A stretch of DNA of 39,796 bases from a virus: IMG/VR virus record IMGVR_UViG_3300037539_000019; one strand, written 5' to 3'. Made by a program: the position numbers and the translations under genes. Under the pieces are notes generated by a model. That model saw nothing but the letters and a program-made list of their open reading frames with translations. It was not told the origin of the DNA and did no database searches. Numbering within the stretch: position 1 is the first letter of the stretch; the number at the start of each line of letters is the position of its first letter. Below, in pieces: positions 17,971 to 25,417 of the stretch.

Positions 17971-20024
17971 ATCTGGCACTCGCTCACAGCGCCCCGGCGG
18001 CGTTTCTTCCGCTTCGGCGCCGGCGGCGCCGGCTCCGGTGGGGGCTTGGGTTTCTGTTTCACCGGCGCGCCATCTGGCGGCGCTGGCGTGTCGGTTGCTT
18101 CCGGCGTGTCTTCGCCCGGTTCGTCTAGCATTTCGTCCCCCAGGCGCGGCAGGCGATGCACCTGCTCAAGATGGGCCGCCGTCGCCGCCAAGACCTCGGC
18201 GTCGAAATAGTGGTTATCGGTGCGCAGCTTGTGCCAGAACACCCGCCCGGCCTGGGTCACAAGCCGGGCCTCGGCGACCACTTGCTGGCAGTAGTCGTCG
18301 CTGGCGTCCTGGGCGATAAACCAGGCGCCGGCATGCTCGACCGGCCACACGATGCGGGCATGCACCCAGCTCTTGAAGTGGTCGGTATGGACGTGCATCA
18401 GCTTCAGCGGCTGGCGTTCGTGCCCCTTCTGATCCACCTCGGCGAACTTGTACGGCTTATCCTGCTGCTGTCGGCCCTTGGTCGGGATCGCCCGGCCGTA
18501 GTAGCGGCGGCAGAACTGATAAACCATGTGTACCGGCGCGGCCTTGCCGCCTGGCTTATAGCCAGAGTCGACCAGCATGCGAGCAATCGGGCGGCCTTCG
18601 TAGGTCGTTTCCAGCAGCTCGCCCAGGTCTTGCCACACCTGTTCCTGTTCGGTGTCGCCCCAAATCTCGCCGTGCTCGATCAGCCACGACGAAAAGTTGT
18701 AACCGAAGCCGCGCACCACATAGACCAGGCGGTCGCCTTGCACGTCGACGCCGGCGACGATCAGTTGCACCCCGCGCGGCACCTCGCCGAAGGCATAGGG
18801 CCGGCGCAGCGCGGCGACCGACTGCCAGGCCGGGGCCTCGCCCTTGACCATGTACAGCTCGCCGAAGGCGGTATTTATCGCCGCCTGCATGCGGCCAGGC
18901 TCGCCCGACTGCATGGCAACGACGAACTTGCGGGCGCGCTGGCCGAAGGTCTGCCAGGGCGAACACAAGCCCGATACCCAAAACGACGCCGAGCTATCCG
19001 CTTCCAGCGGCGCCAGGTAGGTGCCAAACGCGACCGTGACGGTAACGCCACCCTGTTCGATCTGGACGCCGGACGCGGTGAAGCCGACCAGGCGCTGGCC
19101 AGGGGCGACGAATACGCCCCGGTCATTCATCCACTCTTTCGACTCTTCGGCGATTTCCGCCGCGCAGTGCGGGCAGTGCAGCCGGGCACCGTCAAGCGCC
19201 TGCTTGGGCGTGGCGCCGTCGGGTATGTACAGGTTCGCAAAGCGCGGGATGAAGTAACGGCCGCACTTCGAACCCGGGCACGGCCAGGCCCATTCGTGCC
19301 GCGTACCTTCTTGCCACAGCTTCCAGACCGGCGAATTGACTTCGTCCGATACCTTCCAGCGCTCGACCCCGTCGTCGTCGGTTTCCGTCTCGACGCTGCC
19401 ATAGGTCGGCGTCGAAACGATGGTCACGTTTCCGTCGATGAAGTTGCTGATTCGCGCTTCAGCCAGGGCGACCGGGTCACCCTCGCCGCCGACGTTGTTG
19501 CCCATGCGGTCGCGTTCGTCGATGAACACGTCGCGCGACGGGTGCGACGCCAGTTCGGTCGCCGAGCCAGCCCAGCCGAAGCCGATGCGCTGGCCGTTGA
19601 TGAACTTCTCGTTGATCGTGTCTTTCTTGCCCTTGGCCAGCGCTTCGAACAGCGAAGGCACCGAGCGCAACAGCTTGGAAAAACGATCCTTGCTCACCGA
19701 CTCGACGTTCTTGCGAGTCGGGCCGATGTACAGCACGGGGCCGGGGTCGTCATCCATCCGCCAGCCCACGGCGTTCAACAGCACGCCGTCGGTCTTCGAC
19801 ATCTGCGCGCCCATCACGCCGGTGACCATCTTGAACAGCGGGTCGCGGATGGCTTCGGTGATCCCCTTCACCCAGGGCGCCCGGTTGCTATTCCAGGGGC
19901 CAGGCTCAGGACTACCCGGCGGCAAGACGCGCTTGTCGTTTGCCCACAGCCAGGCGGCGCGCAGGGGCGGCGGCCTGAAGGTCTTGGCCGCCCGTTTAAG
20001 AATCCTCTTCAGTCGGTGCGGCAT
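17967..20024 (-). CDS. Terminase large subunit (lambda gpA family)
   Basis: 685-aa ORF downstream of the Nu1-like gene. Length and order are typical of the GpA family. Confidence 0.9.
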   Translation of the reverse strand: MPHRLKRILKRAAKTFRPPPLRAAWLWANDKRVLPPGSPEPGPWNSNRAPWVKGITEAIRDPLFKMVTGVMGAQMSKTDGVLLNAVGWRMDDDPGPVLYIGPTRKNVESVSKDRFSKLLRSVPSLFEALAKGKKDTINEKFINGQRIGFGWAGSATELASHPSRDVFIDERDRMGNNVGGEGDPVALAEARISNFIDGNVTIVSTPTYGSVETETDDDGVERWKVSDEVNSPVWKLWQEGTRHEWAWPCPGSKCGRYFIPRFANLYIPDGATPKQALDGARLHCPHCAAEIAEESKEWMNDRGVFVAPGQRLVGFTASGVQIEQGGVTVTVAFGTYLAPLEADSSASFWVSGLCSPWQTFGQRARKFVVAMQSGEPGRMQAAINTAFGELYMVKGEAPAWQSVAALRRPYAFGEVPRGVQLIVAGVDVQGDRLVYVVRGFGYNFSSWLIEHGEIWGDTEQEQVWQDLGELLETTYEGRPIARMLVDSGYKPGGKAAPVHMVYQFCRRYYGRAIPTKGRQQQDKPYKFAEVDQKGHERQPLKLMHVHTDHFKSWVHARIVWPVEHAGAWFIAQDASDDYCQQVVAEARLVTQAGRVFWHKLRTDNHYFDAEVLAATAAHLEQVHRLPRLGDEMLDEPGEDTPEATDTPAPPDGAPVKQKPKPPPEPAPPAPKRKKRRRGAVSECQI

Positions 20025-20541
20025 GGATGTCTAGCGCCTCCAGCATGTCGGCCGCGACCGACATGGCGCGTGTCAGTTCGTCGTCGAAAATCTGCAAGCC
20101 CGCCGCTTCGTTGCGTGCGGTGAAAACCTTGGGGATGACCTTGCGGCCCACCGGGCGCAGAATCATCGCCATTTGCGTCAAGGCGCTGGCCAGCGTCTGC
20201 TCGACAAGGTCGATGTCGATAAGCCGCTTTTGCTTCTCGCCCAGCTCCAGGGCGCGCAAGCCCTCTTCGTGCTCGCGTAGCTTCCGCTCCGCGCGCAGCT
20301 TCATCAGCTCTTCCTGTTCCTTGGTCGTCGCCTCACCGTCGACCGGGCGGCCGGTGCCAATCTGGCGCGCGACCTCGCGCTGTACTTCCCAGGCAATGGC
20401 CTTGCCCATTTCGATGCGGATGGGGTCGCCCTTCTTGCCGCTCCCCTCATAGGGCAGGCCCTCGGCAAGCCAGCGCGTGACCGTCCGTTCGGACACGTCG
20501 CGGGCGTCCGCGAACTCGCGTTTATTCAGGATCAGCGGCAT
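19996..20541 (-). CDS. Terminase small subunit (lambda Nu1-like)
   Basis: 181 aa. N-terminal HTH MPLILNKREFADARDVSERTVTRWLAEGLPYE resembles Nu1. Confidence 0.75.
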   Translation of the reverse strand: MPLILNKREFADARDVSERTVTRWLAEGLPYEGSGKKGDPIRIEMGKAIAWEVQREVARQIGTGRPVDGEATTKEQEELMKLRAERKLREHEEGLRALELGEKQKRLIDIDLVEQTLASALTQMAMILRPVGRKVIPKVFTARNEAAGLQIFDDELTRAMSVAADMLEALDIHAAPTEEDS

Positions 20542-20749
20542 AGGTCGACCGACTCGGATGGCAAACCGTCAAAAAGGGGGTCAGTGTCCACCTTGCCGCC
20601 TTTTTTCCGGCGACCTCCCGCCAGCAATGTCAAGGGTTGCGCGCCGTCGGCTGCTCACTTTTTGAACGAAATACATGGAAGAAAGGCGCGAATTCGCGAA
20701 AACCGAAAAATTCGCGAGCGGCGCGGGCCTGCCGACCGTAGAGGTGGAT
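20542..20749. other. Candidate cos / packaging-recognition region
   Basis: 208-bp non-coding gap upstream of the Nu1-like gene. Contains CGGCGACCTC (20608-20617; the same 10-mer lies in lambda cosN as I recall it). Also contains the palindrome CGCGAATTCGCG (20687-20698) and AATTCGCGA twice (20691, 20709). Confidence 0.35.
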
Positions 20750-21076
20750 TTACCCGCCAGAGGAACCTACCCCCTGGGCGGGCGCCGGCATGCCCTTCGG
20801 GGCGGCCATGGGCGGATGCCAGGCCGGGGCCTGCTGCTGCATGCACGCCAGCACCTGGGCGGCGCACGTCTTCAGCTCGGTTTCCAGCTCCAGAATGGCC
20901 GGCTCCCATTGGTCATTACCCAGGATCGCGGGGCGCCCCGGCAGGCGGCAGGCCACCAGCGGGCACGGCTCGACCTGGGTTGTAGTCGGCTGGGTCGGTT
21001 GTTTCGGGGCGGGCGAACTGCACCCCGTACACAGCAGGAACAGCACCGCGCAGATACTCAGCGACAGCTTGGTCAT
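20750..21076 (-). CDS. Outer-membrane spanin (Rz1-like lipoprotein), overlapped type
   Basis: 108 aa. Signal and lipobox MTKLSLSICAVLFLLCTGC. Starts inside the i-spanin gene in another frame and runs past its end. Confidence 0.6.
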   Translation of the reverse strand: MTKLSLSICAVLFLLCTGCSSPAPKQPTQPTTTQVEPCPLVACRLPGRPAILGNDQWEPAILELETELKTCAAQVLACMQQQAPAWHPPMAAPKGMPAPAQGVGSSGG

Positions 21077-21362
21077 TCTCTTTTAGCTCCTGAAGGGTGC
21101 GGCGGGTGGCGGCGCCGTCGCGGGCGATGGTCTGCGACAGGGCGCGGAACGCAGTATCGGCGGCGGTCATGCGCCCCATCTGCTCACGCTGGGCGGCGAT
21201 CACTTCCGACTGTTCGGCGGTGCGCGCCTGCTCTTTGGCCAACAGCTCGGCGTTATGCGTCACGGCTTGTTCGGCCAGGGCCTGGCCGTGCTCGGCGGCG
21301 TCGATGCGCCACAGGGCCAGCACGCCGATCAGCAGCGCCGCGCCCAATGCGTAAAGGTTCAT
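20916..21362 (-). CDS. Inner-membrane spanin (Rz-like)
   Basis: 148 aa. N-terminal TM MNLYALGAALLIGVLALW followed by a coiled-coil-like region. Confidence 0.65.
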   Translation of the reverse strand: MNLYALGAALLIGVLALWRIDAAEHGQALAEQAVTHNAELLAKEQARTAEQSEVIAAQREQMGRMTAADTAFRALSQTIARDGAATRRTLQELKENDQAVAEYLRGAVPAVYGVQFARPETTDPADYNPGRAVPAGGLPPAGAPRDPG

Positions 21363-21560
21363 GCGGGAATTCTCCGGGCCGGTTACGTCTCCGGCGCCCG
21401 TGCTGTAGGGCCGTGCTATGTGGGGGTCGTCACCCGCTGTCGGGGCCGGCAGCGTACCGGCGCGCTCCGGTTCCGTTATTCTCTCGACGGAACAAGCGCC
21501 CCCTGTTCTTTCGCGGTCGGGGGATAGGATCGCCCCCTTACGGCCGGGGAAGCCAAGGCG

Positions 21561-21653
21561 CTACACCATGGCGGCGAACTCCAGCGGCGCCGCGCTCACC
21601 GCCAGGCCAGCAGCCAGCAGGAACAGGGCCACACTCAACAGGCAACGGCTCAT
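21561..21653 (-). CDS. Mini-ORF: 30-aa signal-peptide-like peptide coupled to the endolysin
   Basis: Its ATG at 21653 forms an ATGA overlap with the endolysin stop. MSRCLLSVALFLLAAGLAVSAAPLEFAAMV, high GC3. Below the 60-aa cutoff of the ORF track. Confidence 0.3.
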   Translation of the reverse strand: MSRCLLSVALFLLAAGLAVSAAPLEFAAMV

Positions 21654-22165
21654 AGCTCCCACTCGCATAAGGTGCGCTCGATGGCGCGGCGGTGAATGAT
21701 CCCAGGGCAGAAGCTGCCCGAGGTTGCGCAGTCCTTACCGGCAACAAAGCGCCACTTGCTGATACCGGCGCAGGCCCTGGCGAAGTCGCCGACCTTGGCC
21801 GCCCTGGCCGGGGTTGAGCCGCAGTATTTCGGGCCGCCGATGTTGTACGAAAACAGGCCGTGCCCGGCCTGCATCGTTTGCGGCCAGCGCTCGACAGCGG
21901 CGGTGCCAATGCAGCGCTTAACGTCAGCCAGGCCGATGGCGATGGCCTCGGCGTTGCGACGGGCGCAGCCTTCGACCGTTTCCACGTCGCCGCGCTTGAC
22001 GCCCTTGGTCACGCCGCCGCAGATAGTCCAGACGCCGCCCATATCCTGATAGGCAACCAGCGGGTTGCCCTCCAGTACCGGGGTCGCGGCGGTCATGATT
22101 TCAAGGGCCGAGCCGCCGGCCACGACTGCCGCAAGAATGGCGGCCGGTAGCTTTACCCGCGCCAT
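21650..22165 (-). CDS. SAR endolysin (T4/P21-type lysozyme, GH24)
   Basis: Track ORF 21650..22477 trimmed to the ATG at 22165. N terminus MARVKLPAAILAAVVAGGSALEIM is signal-anchor-like. It is followed by E-x8-D-x5-T (LEGNPLVAYQDMGGVWTICGG). Confidence 0.85.
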   Translation of the reverse strand: MARVKLPAAILAAVVAGGSALEIMTAATPVLEGNPLVAYQDMGGVWTICGGVTKGVKRGDVETVEGCARRNAEAIAIGLADVKRCIGTAAVERWPQTMQAGHGLFSYNIGGPKYCGSTPARAAKVGDFARACAGISKWRFVAGKDCATSGSFCPGIIHRRAIERTLCEWEL

Positions 22166-22356
22166 TTGCGCCACCACGAAACAACGGCCACACGCCAGCC
22201 CGGGAAAATCAGGGTGATGATGGCAAACACCAGATAAACGACCGTCAGAACGCTGATCCATTGTTCGATGGTCAGGCCCGCCTGAGTCGCGGCGCCGTAG
22301 GCCAGCGGCGGGGTCGCCTTCGCAGCGATGGCGGACAGTTCGGGCGTGTCGTTCAC
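22153..22356 (-). CDS. Holin (pinholin-like size)
   Basis: 67 aa with a GTG start. Hydrophobic segment WISVLTVVYLVFAIITLIFPGW and basic C terminus WWRKWRG. Overlaps the endolysin start by 13 nt. Confidence 0.65.
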   Translation of the reverse strand: MNDTPELSAIAAKATPPLAYGAATQAGLTIEQWISVLTVVYLVFAIITLIFPGWRVAVVSWWRKWRG

Positions 22357-22370
22357 TTTCTTTTCCCCAT

Positions 22371-22402
22371 AAAAAAACCCCCGACCTGTTAGGGCCGGGG
22401 GT
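22371..22402 (-). terminator. Strong intrinsic terminator immediately upstream of the holin
   Basis: Minus strand reads ACCCCCGGCC-CTAACA-GGTCGGGGGT followed by TTTTTTT. It ends 15 nt before the holin start. Confidence 0.75.
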
Positions 22403-22457
22403 CAAAGGTGTGTGCGCTGATGGTCGCCGTGTCCGCAAAAACACCACGATGGGGCAA

Positions 22458-22487
22458 AGCCTACGGGAAACTGCCAAAGCCTGTCAA
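22458..22487 (-). promoter_or_regulatory. Candidate late promoter (TTGACA - 18 nt - TAGGCT)
   Basis: Perfect -35 hexamer on the minus strand (22487..22482) and a weak -10 (22463..22458). A second TTGACA lies at 22537..22532. Confidence 0.35.
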
Positions 22488-22517
22488 CAGGATGGATGTT
22501 GTTAAACATCCATCCTG
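22488..22517. repeat. 30-bp perfect palindrome CAGGATGGATGTT-gtta-AACATCCATCCTG
   Basis: 13-bp arms with a 4-bp centre, read directly. Flanked by direct repeats CCTGTCAAC at 22480-22488 and 22530-22538. Confidence 0.9.
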
Positions 22518-22557
22518 TAAAACCGCCACCCTGTCAACCCGCTTTTAACGTGCCCCG

Positions 22558-22923
22558 TCACAGCTTCAAGGCGCGATCAGCCTGGGCGAACTCGCACAGC
22601 GCTTCACGCCCCCAGGTGCCGCCGCAGCCGCGCGGCAGGGGCTTGCGGCAATTCTCGCACACCCGGCCTTCCAGCGCGCCCCGCTGCTGCTGCAACAGGG
22701 CGTTATCGCGGCGAATCAGGGTCGCGATGTACTCGGTTCGGCTGTAGGCGCCGCCGACGCCGCCGCGCACCTCGCAGCCCTCGCGCAGCATGGCCAGCTC
22801 GACCGGCCCCAGCCTGACCTCGACCTCTTCAATCCCGGCCGCTTCGTCCCGGGCGCGCTGCTCGCGCTTGCGCTGCGCCTCCGGGCTGATTTCTTCGCCT
22901 TTCTCTTCACTGTGACCCGTCAC
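22558..22923 (-). CDS. Ribbon-helix-helix-like DNA-binding protein with a Cys-rich C terminus
   Basis: Track ORF trimmed to the GTG at 22923, where GC3 becomes high. VEVRLGPVELAMLREGCEV...SRTEYIATLIRRD fits a beta-alpha-alpha RHH pattern. C terminus is CENCRKPLPRGCGG...C. Confidence 0.5.
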   Translation of the reverse strand: MTGHSEEKGEEISPEAQRKREQRARDEAAGIEEVEVRLGPVELAMLREGCEVRGGVGGAYSRTEYIATLIRRDNALLQQQRGALEGRVCENCRKPLPRGCGGTWGREALCEFAQADRALKL

Positions 22924-22925
22924 GA

Positions 22926-23103
22926 TCAGGCACCCCACCAGGCCGCGACCCACTCGACGACCAGGCACGCCCAACGGTCGAGCACCACCATGACCAGCGC
23001 GGCGCAAATCATGCCCAGGGCGGCATAGAACCCGAACCAAAACGCCCCCGACTTGCCGCCCAGGACGATCAGGGTGTCGCTGTTTTTCCGTGGTATCCGC
23101 ATC
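22926..23103 (-). CDS. Small membrane protein, reading frame interrupted at an A5 run
   Basis: AGAGGA lies 8 nt before the ATG at 23103. After 6 codons the high-GC3 frame (…NSDTLIVLGGKSGAFWFGFYAALGMICAALVMVVLDRWACLVVEWVAAWWGA*) is offset by one base across GGAAAAAC. Total length is 178 nt (3n+1). Confidence 0.3.
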
Positions 23104-23130
23104 GTTTAAATCCTCTTATGACATAGGTTC

Positions 23131-24411
23131 TTATTTCGGCTGGAACACCAGCCAGTCGGCGGCCTGGGCGTCGGTCGGCTCTCCCGCCCGTCTTGCTGCT
23201 GTCTTGTCGTGAAGCGCGGCGAAACCCTGGCCGTCGAGCCAGGCATGCCAGCGGGTCAGGGCGTCACGCTTCAGGGCCTCGCCATGGGTTTGCACATAGG
23301 TCGAATCGAGGTCACCGAGCGCGTGATTCAGCAGCAGCTTGCCGACCAGGCTGTCGATACCGATTTCGGCCCAGCGGGTACGGGCGAGCTTTCGCAGGTC
23401 GTGACTTGTCCACTCCCCCACCCCCAGGCGCTGGAAGATGTCGAAGGCTTTGCCACGGGCCAGCGGATGACCGGAACGGGTCGAAGACGGGAACAGATAG
23501 GCGCCGGTATAGCCCTTGCCCTTCTGCCATTCGCGATAGCGGGCCAGGAAGGCCACGACCTGGGGCGTCAGCGGCAACACATGGTCACGCTTGCCCTTGG
23601 TATCGCGCGCAGGAATGAACCACTCCCCGGCCATCAGGTTGACGTTTTGCCACTTGGCCAAGCGGGTTTCGGTTATCCGGGTGCCGTGGGCGAGCATCAG
23701 CACGGCGAAGGCGACATCGAGCGCGGCTTGCTGGAATTGATCAGCCCAGGACGCCAGCAGCTCAGCGACAGCCACATGACGCAGGCGCGCCCCCTTGGGC
23801 TTGATCTTGACCTTGCTGAAGTCGCCGAAGGTCACGCCGGCAATCGGGTCGGTCGCGATCAGGTCGAGGCGACGGGCACGACGAAAAGCCACCTTCAGCA
23901 CGCCGAACACGCCCTTGACGTGGGCCAGGCTGTACTCGGCTTGCAGGGGCACATATAGCAGCGCATCGAGCGCGGACTTGTTCAGGTCGGTCAGGCGAAC
24001 GGCGCCCAGGCGCGGCAGCAGATGGCGACGGATGGCCGACAGCTTGGTCGACTTGCGTTCGCCGGACAGGTGCCGGTCGATCTTCACCCGCTCGGCGTAC
24101 CAGTCCAGCACCTGGGCGACGGTATCCCAGGCGTCGACAGTGGCGGCGGCCAGCGGATCAGCCAGCAGACGGGCATGCACTTTAGGCAGGCCGTCGAGCA
24201 TGGCCTTAGCGCTCAAGTCTGGCCAGTTGCCCGCCTTCTTCCACTTCGCACCCTTGGCGTAACGGATCACAAACCAACTGCCCCGGGCGCGGTCGTGACG
24301 GTAACGGAAGCGCAGCGGGTGGCGGGGGTCTTTCAGCTCGGCGACATCACCGTCGGCGGCGTGCTTCTTAATGGCCGCGTCCGACAACTGGACTTGCAGG
24401 GTCTTGCGCAT
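23131..24411 (-). CDS. int: Tyrosine integrase, P4-type (N-terminal arm-binding DUF4102-like domain)
   Basis: 426 aa. N terminus LSDAAIKKHAADGDVAELKDPRHPLRFRYRH...GSWFVIRY is typical of P4-like integrases. The C-terminal catalytic region has HGTRITE...WTSHDLRK...LLNHALGDLDSTY. Confidence 0.9.
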   Translation of the reverse strand: MRKTLQVQLSDAAIKKHAADGDVAELKDPRHPLRFRYRHDRARGSWFVIRYAKGAKWKKAGNWPDLSAKAMLDGLPKVHARLLADPLAAATVDAWDTVAQVLDWYAERVKIDRHLSGERKSTKLSAIRRHLLPRLGAVRLTDLNKSALDALLYVPLQAEYSLAHVKGVFGVLKVAFRRARRLDLIATDPIAGVTFGDFSKVKIKPKGARLRHVAVAELLASWADQFQQAALDVAFAVLMLAHGTRITETRLAKWQNVNLMAGEWFIPARDTKGKRDHVLPLTPQVVAFLARYREWQKGKGYTGAYLFPSSTRSGHPLARGKAFDIFQRLGVGEWTSHDLRKLARTRWAEIGIDSLVGKLLLNHALGDLDSTYVQTHGEALKRDALTRWHAWLDGQGFAALHDKTAARRAGEPTDAQAADWLVFQPK

Positions 24412-24506
24412 GGTGCGGGCCTCGGCAAATGCCCGCAGGCGATGCCGGCGGGCGGCGTGGGTCTTTCTTCAGGCAAAGCGAACCCGTGACGCACGGGCGC
24501 GCCTAT

Positions 24507-24530
24507 TTAGCTAAATCGCTAATTTGCTAT
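24507..24530 (+). repeat. 8-bp-periodic box array A4 (TTAGCTAA ATCGCTAA TTTGCTAT)
   Basis: Three phased units. Intergenic, between the stop of ORF 24534..24992 and a small hairpin (CCCGTG-ACG-CACGGG, 24484-24498) upstream of int. Confidence 0.8.
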
Positions 24531-24533
24531 TGG

Positions 24534-24992
24534 TTAATGCGTGACGGGCTGTCGCTGCTCAATCGCCAAGGCCAGCTCGACAGGGGCGCGAACCGCATAG
24601 TTTCGGGCGACGCAGTCGAAAGCGCCGGAAAGCAAGTCGGCAGCAACGGGCAGACCGGCGAACGGGCAGCAGTTGACGGCGGGGCCAGGGCCGCGCGCCT
24701 CAAGATCGAACCCGCGCAGGCCGACCAGCCACCAAGCCAGCGCCATAGGGGTCAGCGGCTTGGCGAACATCAGGCAATGCACGCCCGGCGCCTGCCAGCT
24801 CCCGGCCAGGCTGTAGCCTTCAGCGCCACCCACGTCAGCGAAGCGCTCTTCGATCAGCTCCATGGCGGCAGCATCGAGCGGCAACAGCGACGCGCGGGTC
24901 GTCACCAGGCGCACGTCGAAGCCAAGGGCGGCACCGACGGCGGCCGTGTCCTGCCCCACGAAACCAGCAAACAACGGGTGAATCTTCATCAT
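24534..24992 (-). CDS. Hypothetical protein
   Basis: 152-aa ORF with an ATGA overlap to the Q-like gene. High GC3. Confidence 0.6.
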   Translation of the reverse strand: MMKIHPLFAGFVGQDTAAVGAALGFDVRLVTTRASLLPLDAAAMELIEERFADVGGAEGYSLAGSWQAPGVHCLMFAKPLTPMALAWWLVGLRGFDLEARGPGPAVNCCPFAGLPVAADLLSGAFDCVARNYAVRAPVELALAIEQRQPVTH

Positions 24993-25408
24993 GCCCCCAG
25001 GGTCTTCTCGATGGTTTCCCGCGCCTCTGCCAGCCGACGGCGGTAGGTACGCAAGCTGATCCCCAGGGCGTGGGCGTTTTCGAACTGGCCCACCCCGCGC
25101 GGGTCGTATCCTTCAATTCGGCGCCGCTCGGCCACCTGCCACCAGCCGGCGCCGTACTCCAGGCGCAGCACGTCGGCGCGCATGGGTTCAACGGCGAACA
25201 TGGCCACGACGGCCGCCTCGATCTTCGCTTCCAGGCTATCCGCCGGCTCGCTGGAACCGCCCGAGCCACCGAAGAAAATTTCGCCCTTGTTGTCGATCAG
25301 CTTGGCCAGCATCGAGCGGCCCGAACTGACCAGGGCGCCACCCTGAAAACACCACCGCGCCCACAGCTCAAGGGCGCCGTCTAAGTCGTTGCGTCCGCGC
25401 CTTGCCAT
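24989..25408 (-). CDS. Putative antitermination protein Q-like regulator
   Basis: 139 aa. LELWARW...sequence and the C-terminal HTH-like ALGISLRTYRRRLAEARETI recall the Phage_antitermQ family. Last regulatory gene of the early-left operon. Confidence 0.5.
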   Translation of the reverse strand: MARRGRNDLDGALELWARWCFQGGALVSSGRSMLAKLIDNKGEIFFGGSGGSSEPADSLEAKIEAAVVAMFAVEPMRADVLRLEYGAGWWQVAERRRIEGYDPRGVGQFENAHALGISLRTYRRRLAEARETIEKTLGA

Positions 25409-25417
25409 CCATCCCCC

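Noticed and set aside
22166-22477. 104-codon N-terminal extension of the endolysin ORF (TTG start at 22477).
   Set aside because: It would run through the holin gene, the terminator and the promoter region. The ATG at 22165 gives a canonical SAR-lysozyme N terminus and the usual holin-endolysin overlap.
22488-22517. Possible XerCD dif-like site, because of TGTTAAA in the palindrome centre.
   Set aside because: Only a 7-nt resemblance to the XerD arm exists. Both arms are identical and unlike the XerC arm, and the spacer geometry differs from the 6-bp dif core.
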